64,000 nt of DNA from Dudresnaya verticillata (GCA_977862235.1 OZ374558.1:2604001-2668000); one strand, 5' to 3'; shown: positions 45,946-59,491, counted from the first letter of the stretch. A program made the numbers and translations. The notes: generated from the letters alone by a model not told the origin.

Positions 45946-46403
45946 TATAAACACTTCCACCTTGACTTGTTGGGTGCTGTCTTGTTTGTGCTCAATGCGA
46001 AGACCTCTGCCCTTTTCTTTCTCGAGAGAGAAAAGGGCGGAGCTTTTATATTCTATTACGGAGGCGCTTGCTCCAAAGCTCCTAGCCTACTCTATGCGTT
46101 TGATAAAGAACAGCACTACTGCTGATTCTAAACGGTATGGATAAAGTAGCTGTTCTATTCGTAAACGGTATCTTCTACAGTAGCCCAAACCGCCATGCCC
46201 TCAGACCAACTACCCCCGGGGACGTGGTAGTTCAAAACATCTATCTCCGGGGACAGGCTGGAAGATGTTACGTCTTCAACGGAAGAAGTTGTTCCTGCAA
46301 CGGAACATCTTCTTGGATTAGAGTAGAGCTGACAATTCTAAATTACATAACAAAAGCTTCAAGCTAGTAAGCCTGTAGTGCCACTTGGCAACGGTTATCT
46401 ACA
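45946..46403 (-). repeat. 5' LTR of element C
   Basis: Direct repeat of 40523-40980. Confidence 0.96.
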
Positions 46404-46697
46404 GAGCCGAACTCGCGGCCACCTTTACTACCAACTAGGCATGGGCCTCACTGTACCATAATCATTGCTAATTGACTTAGATGCCTTTACTCGGTCCAAA
46501 CGCGCACACGCGCACACTAATCACTAACACTATCAGGCCTCACGTTGGCGATTGCCATCAACTTGGCAAACGCCCGTCTTCTACAATCGTGACTCCTATT
46601 TTCGTAACTCATGAACAGAAATTAACTTCTCCGCGTCAAAACCGCATTAGATAGTTTTGGACTAAGTGCCCTTAAGGAGTAATTGGAGGGTGAAGAC

Positions 46698-47800
46698 TTA
46701 ATCGTCCTCCGTTAGATCCACAACCTCGTCATCGTCCGCAGTAGCAGGGCGCACGGCGCCGACCAGATGGACTATACGCGGCACTTCGCGGATGATACGA
46801 CGCAGGCGCGGCTGTGTGGCGTCTGTCTCCATAGTAGTTGGGTCCTCTTCGAGCCCCAGCGGCACCATCTTCGTGGCCATCTGGCGACGGTTCACCTGGA
46901 GCCAGCACCCCATTATCTGGGATAGTGACACCCCGAAGTTCCCGGCCTTGATCCATCTCTTCCTCTTTCTGAGCTTCACTACTAGTGGATCCAAGTCCAT
47001 GACGAGCTCTGGTTCGAGGCTCTCCACTCGGAGCCTCCGACGCGGCTCCCAATTGACCTGTACCACTCGCTGGAGGCGCAACAGGGGCAGGCCCGGTAAC
47101 CGTTATATTCGGTGACTCTCTCGCAATAGCCGCTTCTCTTGTTGCAGCTGCTGGTACGCCCAAGCGGGGCAAGCCCGGGAAGTGCGAAATTCGCCGAATG
47201 GGTCTTAGGATCGTGATCCAAGAGGCTCGATTATGGCCGTATCGACCCCGTCCGCAAGGTAATGTACGTTGAGATTCTGGGTGTTCCAGTTGGTTTACAG
47301 TCGCACACCCAACCCGCGTTGGTGGAAGACCTCACTAATCGCGCCGTCATACCGGCTTCGTCCATGGATGAAAGGCGGGGCATACTGACCCAACGGTTGA
47401 ACATCGGTTAAAGCGTTATACGCAGATACCTCTGCGGGCAATTTGGACTCGTGGCAGTTGTTGCAAATCCACCCTTCGATGAATCCAGATCGCAGGCACA
47501 TGCCTTTATCCGCTTCAAGCGAGTTGTGATCCACGGGGACGGTCTTGAGCAGATCCTCGGGAATTTCCGGTACCCATGCCTCGGGGTCGAAATCGACCCA
47601 ATCTCCGCGGCCGAACACCGGGGTAATGATACCCGTGTCTTAGGGCAAGAACCGGTTGCGCTTCGACACTCGTCGCCAAACGACGCGCTCAAAGAAGAGA
47701 AGTAGCGAGTCCAATTCGACGGTATCAGCAGTATTAGCCAAAAATTCAGATGAACCGGTTTCGCGAATTCCCGAGATCGGTTCATCAGCCGAGTTACACC
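46698..47800 (-). pseudogene. Decayed ORF, probably the antisense accessory gene of another Gypsy element
   Basis: Pieces 47295-47618 and 46698-47081 (ends DDDEVVDLTEDD); shares Y..L..YAP.F...NW with the element A antisense ORF; lies before a PPT/LTR-like junction. Confidence 0.5.
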
Positions 47801-48122
47801 ACAATGGTGGAAAGACCCACCGGCATCGAATACGACTCTTCGTAGTAGTCGAAATCCGGTGGGATTTGTGGGTACTTGCTCGTGAACATCTCTGGTGTGA
47901 TTGGGGTTACCTCCTGACTACGAAACGGGACCAAGTACCGGGCGCGATTGTAATACAGTGAAGGGCTTACAGAAGGAGGCCCTCTGCCCTCGTGTATGCG
48001 CCTAAATAGCGATACCTATGGGATGCCAACAAGGACAAGACGGGTAGTCTATGATTGGTCCAAGTGTCACCCTGTACGTCAGTAGCTTAGTATCTTTCTA
48101 TTTATTTTAGAAATAATAGCTT

Positions 48123-48877
48123 AGGATAGGGGGCGTGTATATAGCCCAGTATGAGGGGTGCTGCCTGACAGTCGGAGTACCATATAAGGGTATCTCCCGA
48201 GGCGGTCACTGTACAGTAAAGGTAAGCACCTTCCGGCCCCAACTGCGTCTCCAAGCTATCGGCACTGCAGCACACCTGTCACCCGTCCCCGGTAGACCGC
48301 CCGCCCAGTGAACTACCTTCAGTATCGTGCTTCCAATCAGGTTACGCGCCCTCGTCTACCCTCTGGGTTCCTCCCGCTCTACCACCGCTACCAGGAACCC
48401 GCTCTGTGGCTTTCTCATTGAGTGCCCTCTTTAAGTTCACAAGAGACCTAAAAGGCACTTCCTTACAGCGATGTCGCTGCCGACGCTCAACGCGAGCTGC
48501 CTCGTGGGGAAGAGCTGTCTGAAGCATGTCCAGATGATACTTGGACGTGGTCCAATTGTTTGGAAGGAGCATCCTCGTGTCCAGATGATACTTGTATGTG
48601 GTCCGATTGTTCGGAAGGGCGACCCTTGTGTTGAACGGGAAGTTGTCCCTACCGGTGCGGCTGAAAGGGCGAGGATGGCGACCACAGCCCGGAGTTCGTA
48701 ACCTTGAGCGAGAGCTCTCATGTCTAGGAAAAACTTCTGGTAGCTCATGAAGCTGGCCATCTGCTGGATCCAGGGGACCTCCTACCGCCAACGGGCGCGA
48801 TCCGCATCGAAGGGGAAGGGCCCTGGAGTGGAAATACGGAACATCGTCAGCGACAAGTGGCTCAAGCGTGTATTACA
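48123..48877 (+). repeat. Putative polypurine tract plus 3' LTR
   Basis: AGGATAGGGGGCG then TGTATA (48136) ... TATTACA (48877); internal ~40-bp duplication near 48528-48620; no partner LTR. Confidence 0.4.
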
Positions 48878-50703
48878 GTATTAAAAGCCCTAGCTTCAGC
48901 TCTCTTCCCAACCTGCATGGCGTATCTCATCTCGGTTGGCGCCGTCCAGCGGCTTAGCGTGATGAAGATCCGTACACACTTTCCAATCGCGGCTGGCCAC
49001 TATGTCGACCGGCACGCCTCCCGCAACCACTGCTACCGGCGCGACATGATCGGATGATCCGGCCTGACCGTAGTGGAAGTGCGGATTAGCCGGCATCGCG
49101 ACGATGAGCGCGTGCTCCGATACGTGAAAACGGAACTGAGTTACAGCCCGTAAGTGCTGTCCCTGATATTGGTCGAAGATGAGCCCTTCTACTTGAAGAA
49201 CGTCTACCAGAGGTGGGCAGTGGATATCTGGACCGAAAAGCGAATCCGTAACCATACCTATGGTCTCCTCGCGGGGTTCCGCAGCGGTAAAATGTGTAGT
49301 ATCCCCGTCGGCGGTCGACGCCGCGACCACTACGTCAGTAAGCGCAATTGGTGACATAGCATTGCTGGTCCTCGGTCTCCGCCCTCGCTAACGCCGGCGG
49401 TTCTGGTCTATTATGGCGCCCAGGGGCCGGACCCATCATCGAAGTGGCATTATCCGGTGTGTTCAATGACCAAGACCGAGCAGGTTCTCAAAGTGGAGTT
49501 GTCCTTTCTTAGGCTGCCCACTTTGGTAGGTGGGAAGCAGAACCCTACACCGAGGATGGTAACCACGTTCAAGATGGTCTGCCTATCGCTCGTCTCTTCC
49601 GGCTCTCGAGGACAATAATTGAACATATTCGGATTCTTGGGGTTAATCTCATCTGCGAAGTCAGTATCTTTGCTGGCAACGCCTTGGAGGGGCTACTTAC
49701 CGCTACAGAGAACTTTCAAATGGGAAGCTGGAAAAGTGTGGGTCGCGGGTTGCTTATAACCCTGAGGTGCCCGAAATTGATTTTTACCGTTATGGGAGGC
49801 GTCACCTCGTGGATACCAGTCCGGGTCCCCCCACTGTACTCCTTTGCGTAACCGTATGGTACCCACTGCGGATGTGGTGACATCAAACCAAGCTCTGCGA
49901 GGAACCAGATGGAAGAAGAACAGGAGACATCCACCTATGGAGGTTTTCCAATCGCCCTCGTGAGACCATTGGTGACGCGAAGCGCGCGAGGGCCGCACGT
50001 CCTGGCATTGGGGCGCGTCGAGGTATTCCTGTAGCGAGAGCTGCACCATAGACATCTACGCACCTGCGTGTTGAGAGACCGGAGACACCCGTACGAGAAA
50101 CCCCTGCGGTGATACTAGCGATGGTGATGCCTGTGAATAACTCTGCAAAGACGACCCCAGCAGCGGTGACTAAAAACCCCTGAAGCAGCGGACCCATCTC
50201 AAGCTACCCCGGTAGGTAAATCAAGTGGTCCTTCGGGCACCGTGAGGTTCCTTCGAGTATTGCGCTATCTGGCTCGATTAATCTTAGGGTTGGGCGACTT
50301 CAGGAGGTTTGTCGCGCCGCGAAGGTATCTGTTCCGGAGCCGGAAGAGGATGCTCTCGATGCTGCCCGTGAGTGGGTTTCCAAACAGGCACTCATCAATT
50401 GGTTCCTACGTCAGTTGGCCCAGATGGGGAACTCCCAAGTTAGTCAGTTTAGCAACCACATGTCGGCTGTGGATCCCCTAGGAACCGAATTAGTGACCCT
50501 CGGGGCTTCTCTTTCAAGTATGGTGGCGGCTATGCCGCAGAACGCCGCGCGTTTTGTCACCTTCTTGCAACAATTCCACCCGAGAGGTACTGCGTAAGAG
50601 CGATGTGATGCCGGTGACTCGAGCTAGAGGTGCCCTTGCGCCTCCAACTGAAGCGGCTAATTACCAACTGCGTGACCCGCTGGCTTTGAACCCACAGGAG
50701 TAA

Positions 50704-51660
50704 CTTAAGAAGTTCAACCGCGTCCGGTTACTGCCCAGGATTACAACGACCTTTTGCCTTGAGGGAGGTTCAGTTCTCGACACGTACGGTGGAACGATGA
50801 CAACAGCCATTGCAGCATTGCGGACTGGTCGTTCATGTACCTGCATCGAACAGAATCCCGTTACATTCCGACTTGCACATGAACGGCTCCTGCGTCTCGC
50901 CAAGAACGACTTCTTGCACACAAGAGCCTCGCAAACCTTCTGTGAAGCCAAGCGTGTTCTGATAGCTTCTGCTGACAGCACACAACTGCAGACTACAGAA
51001 GCGGCAACTGTTGCAGACGAGAACGAAAAGGACGGGGGAGGAGGCGACGTTGTGAGTGTAGCTGCGGAGGGTCGCAGGACGACGGAAAAGGAAAGCAGTG
51101 TAGATGAAGTCGTCAACGAATGACTGGAGAAGGCAAGGAGTGTGCTGCGTGAAGCAACAGCTCTTGAAGAGGAGCCAAGCCGGAAAAGAACCAGGGCTGA
51201 CGAAGAGGGTGGCCGTGCACTTTGCGGAGCCGCAGCTCCGCTGCCACTTCCAGATGGCACCCGCCTGGAAATTTGGATGGGAAGTTCCAGAACTCCGTCG
51301 TGACGTCCGATAGACCGACTGTACGCCGCGAAGTCAGCGCGGATCCGGTCGAAGGTGAAAAATGACCGAAACAGTATCTGTTAGATGCTCGTTGAACGGA
51401 TGGAACTTTGGGGGACATTGTATGATAGATGCCGATACCGTATCATGGCAGGTACATCCAATCAATCGCTACGTCCGTCGCCGTCTTTAACAGGATTCCG
51501 GAAGGGAAATGCTCGCGACGTAGAAGATGACATAGGTACATGCAGTGTTACCTAGAGGGGCGATACTCCACACTTTCACAGGAAGAGAGACAGTAGTTGT
51601 TGCAACCGGAGAAGTAGCGCTCTCCGCAGCGTGGCGATAAACTTGCTTTTTGAACTACCA
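50704..51660 (+). pseudogene. C-terminal half of a beta-class N4C/N6A DNA methyltransferase, followed by a possible SET-domain remnant
   Basis: VRLLPRITTTFCLEGGSVLDTYGGTMTTAIAALRTGRSCTCIEQNPVTFRLAHERL matches the SAM-binding segment of N6_N4_Mtase. Catalytic D/SPPY not found. Broken SET-like pieces PLPDGTRLEIWMG, GNARDVE, VVVATGEV, GDKL..NY. Confidence 0.7.
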
Positions 51661-51760
51661 ACCAGTCTCGGGCACTCTGTCAAGGTCGCGTCCTGTCCAT
51701 AGCGATGGTCTGTATCGCAAGATGCGCAGGGCACCATGAGACACGTCTGCAAATCTAGAG

Positions 51761-52170
51761 CAATGGTTGAAGTCGGGATTCTGTTATGGCGATGCGCGAT
51801 ATGCGTGAACTAAATGACGGGGACGCGCGGCACCGTAAGGGCATGAAACACTCAGGTAACCATGGGAGGTAAAGGTTCTGTAGGGGTGACGTCTTGCTAT
51901 TGCATTAGTTGAGTTCGGGATTCTGATCCGGCGATGTGCGTGACCTGAGGGAGACGCGCGGCGCGCCGTAAGAGGATTGAACACTCGTGGAAGTATGGGA
52001 GGTAAAGGCTCTGTAGGGTGACGTCTTGACCTTGCAATGGTTGAGTTCGGGATTCTGTTCCGGCGATGCGCGATATGCGTGAACCAAGAGCGACGTGCGG
52101 GGCGCCGTAAGAGGAAGAAATACTCAGGGAAGCTTGAGAGGTAAAGTTTCTGTAGGGGGCAAGGTCTTGA
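51761..52170. repeat. Three degenerate ~130-140-bp tandem repeats
   Basis: Shared blocks TCGGGATTCTG, CCGTAAG, GAGGTAAAG..CTGTAGGG, GTCTTG. Confidence 0.9.
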
Positions 52171-55100
52171 GGAGGGTGGCCCACCGGATGGCGCGGGGCT
52201 GACAGCGGGACCGGGAGGGCTGCTGGGGAGCTTTGCGGCACTTCAAGGGCGCTACGGGAAAGAAGAGGCACAGGAGTGAGGCGGTAGTAGGGGAATGATG
52301 ACGCGCGCGCAGCGCTCAAGGGGGAACGACAAGGATATCGCGGGATGTGGCGCGGAGAGCAGAAGGTGTCTGCCTGCTGTGCACGAGGGAGCAATGTGGA
52401 GAAGAACGAGGAGATGAGGGAGAGAGGCAACGCAGATACGAGATGGTGATGGTGCGGAGGGGCGCGAAAACGACGGGACGCGAGAACGACGCGTCGCGGG
52501 AACGAGATGGAGACGGCCCAAGGTGGAGAGGGCGCGAGGCGCGCCGCGGCAGCGGAGGTCTTCGGTGCTCGGTGCATGGTGGGGTGGATGGCGCGCACGA
52601 TGACACGGTGGCCCAACGCCCAAGGGAGGGTAAATGTGTCACTGGGTATGGCACAGACGCATGTGCCAGTGGGGGTGATGAAGGGGTACAGTGCTGCGCG
52701 AAAAAACTGGGCGCGCGCGGCGCAAATGCCGACATGGGGCATGGAATGGGGCTTGCCATGGGGCACTTGCGCGGCGGCCTGGTGGGGCGCCGCTGGCATT
52801 TCTGGGCAAGTCTTTCCGGCCCCGCGGGGCGCGGGGCGGCGTGCGGTAATTTCTGGAAAATATTTTCGGAAAGTTTCGGGGGTAATTCGAAACTTTTCAA
52901 GGGTCATATAATGGGTGTGCGGATGGCCATAGCTTTGGAAGGGCTTGACTTGAGAGCAAACGGATTGCACCACTGTTCTTAACTCGCTCTCCCCTTTCGA
53001 ATGTAAGTAAGAAGTAGATTCTGAAGCGGCCGAAATCAGTGTTGTTTGCCACGGCGGATTCAATATTCTGCGGTAGGCAATCATTACCAGTCTTGCTCTC
53101 CAGGTAGTTTGCCGCGGCTCTGAGTTCCGCATTTGGGCCGCCATCGTTCGCGTCGCCGTTGGGCTCTTGATTAGCTTGCGCATTTTCGATCTTCTTGGGG
53201 ACGACGTTCGTATCGGCATCTTCTGTCGCAGCTACTATCTTTCTCCTTCCTTGTGCCAAGGTGAGAGACTTTTTCGTCCAGGAGTGGTTCAGGAAAGTTG
53301 GAAAGTATGGCACGGGTGGAGGAATAGAGCATTGAACCGCACCCTAAAGTATGAGCAGCTGGTTATTACTGATATCTCTTTCAAGCCATCTGGAAGCTGA
53401 AGAATAAGTAACTGTTGAGAACAAGTCAGGATTCTGAGAGTAGAATCACGAGAGAGTTAAGAGTATCTGCATTTGATGTAGCTGAGCTCAGCTGAGCACT
53501 TTAGAGTGAGGCGGTATTCGTGCTGAGTGAAATAGATTGGTTGTGGGATCTAAGGCCTGCGAGGAACAACTTTATGCATGAGAAGGGGCTGAATGTCTCC
53601 TGACCACATGATGAGGGTAGCAGGCTACTCGGACTATTACAGAATGGAAGCGAATGTCTTCAGTATTAATAAACGAGGCGTGAGGCGTGTGGTACTGCCT
53701 TTGTAGGCAGCATGAAGTGGCCGAAACGTTTATACGTCTTCAACCGGAAACATCATCTTGCGGTGTTTGGTTCAATTTAGCTTGATTACCATGTCATCTC
53801 GGGACTCAATTAGAGGCTTATTAAACACACTAATCTCCTCATCACCGCAACTGTGGAGTATCTTCTTCTGACATGCCACCCACGCGACGCCAGATTCTGG
53901 GCTTCTGAAGCCCACTATGAAAGTCGCGTCTATCTCCTACCGTGCTGCCGGGAACAAGATGATCGTCGCCTACACCGTGGCATTTGTTGCGCCGAATATT
54001 ACTCTGTTAACCCGCGCCTGTTGTCCCTGCGTCAACCATACGGGTTGCGATTAACGCGTCCGACGTCCCACCCCCATCCCTTCTGTTTCCCATTTGCACA
54101 GCTCACGACAACTCTTGAAAAGCACCCAACGGCAACACAGACTGCCACAACACCGACAGCAGCACAGAAATGAAACAGAAACAGCCTCTAGTCCCGCGCT
54201 TGTAATAAACGTTAGGCAAGCTGTAGTAGAGGAGTCCCCAATGCACCCCCAGATCACGCAGTCAGCTTTGCTCGCGATGCGAAGACTTCGAGCATGTAAT
54301 GTACAGCACTCTCGTTACATATTGTGTAGCACTGCAGTGAACGTGAGTGATGCAAGCGCTTGAGATCTCCTGGTTTACAAGTCAGAACGCAGGTGCCCCA
54401 GGGTTTTGTTGGACAATAATAGAGCTCTCCCATTCGCTGCTGATTCTGACACTCCCATCCGGAAGTGCGGGTGGTGCAGGGATCCCGAGTCACTCATCAC
54501 TGTGATTCCATTTCAAGGATATGTAACCCGGCACTCAGATGATGCTTTCGTTATAGCTATGTATTATAACACACCGGTAATACTAGTACAAGGGTCGAAT
54601 CGTGGTGAACCGTGCACGGTGCACATGGACAGCGCATAATATCACCAGTCGTTCTGATTCCACTTCACAAGCAGATACTTGCCACAAATCTGTGACCGAC
54701 TGCCTGCAGCCCACACATGTTCCGAAAGCATGCCGGGGGACCAGGCGATATTGCAATTCGGGGACGAAGAAACGCCTCCTTCGAGTGGGTCGGACGACTA
54801 CCGATAGGTAGACCGTTGCTCACTCACTGGCGATTCCGTTTCGCATATGCACACAGAACAGCATATGAGCTTATCTGGAGAGGTTTCAGCAACGACACCA
54901 CTCTAGCGCCCACTGCGTTTTCTTCCCGATATTCTAGTTTTACCGCGCTGCGCTGACCGCCTCCAAAGTCCACTTTCCGCTTTTGACCTCCCAACCTTTC
55001 TTTTCTCACGATCATGCGACGCGTACTCAACAGCGCTATTGACGGCAATTATCCGAGCCAGACGAGGCCCTCACTGCTATCGTGGTACAAAATGCTTCGC

Positions 55101-56399
55101 AGAAGAGAACATCGCACTGGTTTGCGTCAAAGGCCGGTCACTGCCGACCGACATGCCCTATCCGTTATGGGAGGGAACGATTCCCCGGCCAAGACTATCG
55201 GTAAGGAGACGGCGGAGACGGCCGCGGAAGAACCCATTCGCAAACCGGGGGGCGGAAACGCGCCCGCAGTGACCAGCCCTGACACGCAAAGCATGTCAGC
55301 GTCGAAGAAAGTAGTGCTGTTGCTAGATGGAGAGGTGGCAGGTACGGCTGATCCAATGACTCCGGCATCTCCGGAAGAGGCAGATAGTACAGGTGCATTC
55401 AAAGTGAAGATGCATGGAACGTGGTTAAGAGACGTGCAGCGGAAGGAGACATGAATAGTCATCTATAATGTCCGTATTCGGAATGGACACGGGGACAAGA
55501 GGTACATGTATAAGTATCCCGGTATAGAGTCTCCACCCACCACTCTAGCTGGTCTAAATGTGGGTACTCATGTATGGGACAGGGAGCAAGTCCGCACTGT
55601 GAAGCCGCAACCTACAGGCGGTACTGGAGAAGCGAGCGCGGCGACCGGGGAAGTTTGCCCTAGGATAGTAATGGAGCAACCGAGTGGGAGTCAGACTGTT
55701 CATGCCAGGACTTCAACTAAGCGGTCAGAGCGTAGGGGGTCGGGGACGTGCTCGTGAGCGGACAGTGACGAAAAACATCACCCGTACCGGTCAGTATGAT
55801 CCCAGCGATCAGCCACACCGAGGCGGTAATGACCGCACTACTACACCGCCAACAACACCACGTGTTCCGTCTACACCCCCGGCTGCAATAGCAGGTGAGC
55901 CTTCTACAACCCTTGCTGCTGCAGTTGCTCAGACCGCGTTGGTTTATACCCCGTCGTGTCCCACCCGTATGTGTCCACGGCCGTACCGAAACACGGAAGC
56001 TGTGTTATCTGTGTAACTGGGAAGTAATGACGCGGCTCCAAAACCAACTGAAGCTGAACGGGATAAAGGAGATTCCGGGAACGGCGCACAAGAAAACCAT
56101 ACTCCCGTCGATACCACAGCAAAAGGATGTGCGGGGGGTCGTGATCACGCTTCTGAAGAAGAGCATCCCGACGTCGGGACTGCAGACGATGGGGAGGATG
56201 CTGATTCCGACACGCTGGAATGGCACCCCTCCGAAGGGGAGGAGATGGTACTAGAAGGGCGTGGAGGCGGACAGGGTAGTGCTAGGACGAGCCGGAAGAG
56301 GAATTATAGGCATGATGCACGTCCGAAAGGAACACCATTGCGGCATTTGATGGCTGCGAAGAGGAGAAAGATAGTGGAGGTGTTGGAGATGCAGGATAT

Positions 56400-58310
56400 C
56401 TGAAACATTTTCTGCTGCCAAACAAATCAATGCTTCGGGACCATCGAGTCAGTGTAAATCAGGGCTGAGTCACGCAATATGATGGACAAGAATCGCGCGG
56501 AAAGGAAGCGAGACCTCACGGGACTACTGGAACCCAACTCCAACATGTACTTCTTCAGCGGCCGGCCGGTTTGTTACTCATTTCTGGACAAGTATTTCGG
56601 TTTCTCGAGAGACCTGCAGTCGGCAGTGAAGGGAACGAACAAGAGCCGCGAAAGGAAAGGGAGGGAGCTGATAGTTGGTGGTACTTTCACGGAACAGATG
56701 GAGGTGATAACGTCGTTCCTGGAGCGCCTCGCAGAAGTGTCTGGTCATTCGCAACCAGACAAGGCTGAAATCCACCTCCCCTTCTATGAGAAGTTCGCAG
56801 TCTATAACACGTTTGTGACTGAGCACCGCACTCTGTACTCTAACAGAGCAACACCATCACAGAGCTACTTTATAGTATCTGGCTCCGTAGCTGTCCACAG
56901 ATTAAGGTCAGGCGAACTCATCGGTTTGCAAAATGCTCCGAGTGCGAGGAGATCAAAGATCTTCTCGCAAAAGCGGCAACGGATCTAGCGGGAAACGAAG
57001 CGCATCGCGAGCGGCGGACAAGGCACGTGAGAATGGTCATGCAGGAGCGAACAGAATATCGCAAAAGGTGTGAGATGGCTTCGATGTATCCGAAGAACTA
57101 TTTCTCACTCATCATCGACGGTGCTGACCAGTCCGCATTCGGACTGCCACATTTCCACATCAAGGTGAAGGACACACGCGGACACGGAATGAAGGCCAAA
57201 GTAATCGGCGTTTTAGAGCATGGCCAAGTCCCACATCTAAACCTCTTCACGATGACTGCAGAGTCCGAAACAGGGCGCCAACCATGTCATCGAATCTTTG
57301 CATCGCGTATTGATGGCAGGCAGAGACAGGATGCCACTGTAGGTACGTTGTTCCTCCAGGTCCACAATTGTAATAGGGAAAATAAGAACAGGTTTATGTT
57401 TGGCTACTTGGAGTACCTCGTTGCTTTGGGTGTCTTAACGGAAGTGCATGCGACGTTTCTTCCGATCGGTCACACGCACGCCGATATCGATCAAGTTTTC
57501 AGCTGCACTTCGAAGAGATTACCCGTTCGAGACGCCATTATCATGGACGATCTCATGCACGAACTACGGTAATCATACAATCCTCAACCGCGTGTCACGG
57601 AGATGTTGCACATTATAAAGTTCTCCGGATTGTGCAAAGAGACCAGATGCCTTGGGCGTACCGAACCCATTTCAGAATATCGGTACTTTAGGTTCAGTGC
57701 GGAAGGAGCTAAGGACACAGACGCCGGTACGTTTAAGACTCTCTGCGAAGTGAAGAGGGGCTGCAAAGACTCTTGGAAACCGTTACATACGCGAGATGGC
57801 CAGGGGATTCTTATTATTTCCCCCAACCTGCACCGGACTCCACCGACGCCCCGTCGAGCACCGCCAGATAAGCACTAACTAACCAAGCGTATACGATCCG
57901 CCGAGACCATAATCAACTATCACAGTAAGCTGCAGAAGCAGCTGCAGAAGCTGTTGGCACTTCGTGATAGAGTTTACGAGGACCGTGAAGACCCATTCCA
58001 CTGGGCATTGGCGGCTGTGTTTGAGTTGGAAGGGGCTTACAATCCGGATGGGAGGGGCCCTAGTGCACCCTCGGAATCGGGGTCGGACGCTGAGAATATT
58101 GTGGAACGGGACCTCACTTACAGAAATAACAGCTTTGTAGCCGTACTAGGCGACGACTGTACCGAGGGATGCCCGTTCTGGCTTGGGCAGTTGATGAATT
58201 GGGAAAAGGGAAAAGGGCGGGGGGGATAGGTTACCAATTTTCAAGTAGAGTGGTACGAGAGAAGGAGTACTCGAGGGAATACTTTTACCTGGCGTTATCG
58301 GAAGGCGAGA
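56400..58310 (+). pseudogene. Degenerate DDE transposase, Sola-related type
   Basis: SLIIDGADQS..LPHF; LFLQVHNCNRENKNRFMF (catalytic D replaced by H); FLPIGHTHADIDQVFS; stops and frameshifts. Confidence 0.85.
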
Positions 58311-59362
58311 ATAACCGATGCAAATAGACATGTCAAACAGTGGAGCGATACGGTCCCGGGGAAGTCAGTTTTAGTGGAGTTCGCGCGTTTAACCAACTCT
58401 GGAATACCCGTCACGGTGCAGCAAAATATCAGGGAAGCCCTAGAGATGCGAAGGAGAGGCGACCATCCAGAAATGGGTATTCCTGTAGAGGCGGGGGAAC
58501 CAGAAGCGAATGGCGTGGAAAGAAAATAGCTTGGGGTGGGAGGGAGGCGAAGCGGAAAGAAAGTTGTGTCGCTAGCTGCAAAATGGGGTCAAGATTCTGG
58601 GCGATAATTGGGAAAGGGTTAGAGTATATGCATGTAATGCCACGGAACAGGGCGTGCAGGCTAGCCTCATGACGCAGCTGCGTCATGACGCAGCATCTTT
58701 GCTGGGTACACCGGATTGCTTGTACAATCACAGGCGTGTTATAAACAACCTTAATGCCTGCAGCACGCCAAAGAAGTGACCAAAACAGAACCACTGTTCT
58801 CTCTTATGCACTGATACAGCATACAATTTCGGCTTTCTATCAACCACACGGGTTGTGATTAACGCGTCCGACCTGCTAAATCGTACCATGCAAACTTTGG
58901 GTGCGATCACGCCGCGGCACCCGCGGGAGCACCCAAGTGAAGGGATGGTTCTACTCATTACCTCAAGATCTGGCGGCGTGGAGGGTCTCAGGGGCTTTGA
59001 GAACCGCGCTCCGGCCATGGTTGTTGCTCTTCCGCAGGCGCAGAATCCGACACCAATGTTAACAGGAGACGGGACGGGCTACATGACTTGTGAGCGTGTC
59101 CGCGTGATAGTTCAGATGCTTTGTGATCTCGGGCCCTGTTCTGTCCTTTTTTCTGGGGATGAACTAAGGCTTGCAGTCGAAGCAGGCACGGACATGACCG
59201 AGACTGTTTTATATGCCAATGGGAAGACCTAGCAGGGGCTCGCGTTTGCGGTACATGTGCTGGTTCTAGGTCAACATTGACTCAGAGTTTGATCTTGACC
59301 ACATTGCTCTGGTGGCGAAGAAGTCGAGGACAATCGCGAGTATTAATCCGCATACGGATTGA

Positions 59363-59491
<129 letters not shown>

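Larger units (their letters stand above)
40523..46403 (-). mobile_element. Full-length Ty3/Gypsy chromovirus C with two 458-bp LTRs and GAGC target-site duplication
   Basis: LTRs 40523-40980 and 45946-46403 (12 mismatches counted, about 97% identity); GAGC at 40519-40522 and 46404-46407. Confidence 0.96.

Noticed and set aside
48880..50700. Possible retroelement coding remnants
   Set aside because: Too decayed; no catalytic motif could be read with confidence.
51897..53219. 440-aa minus-strand ORF
   Set aside because: Crosses compositionally different blocks and tandem repeats; no coherent domain.
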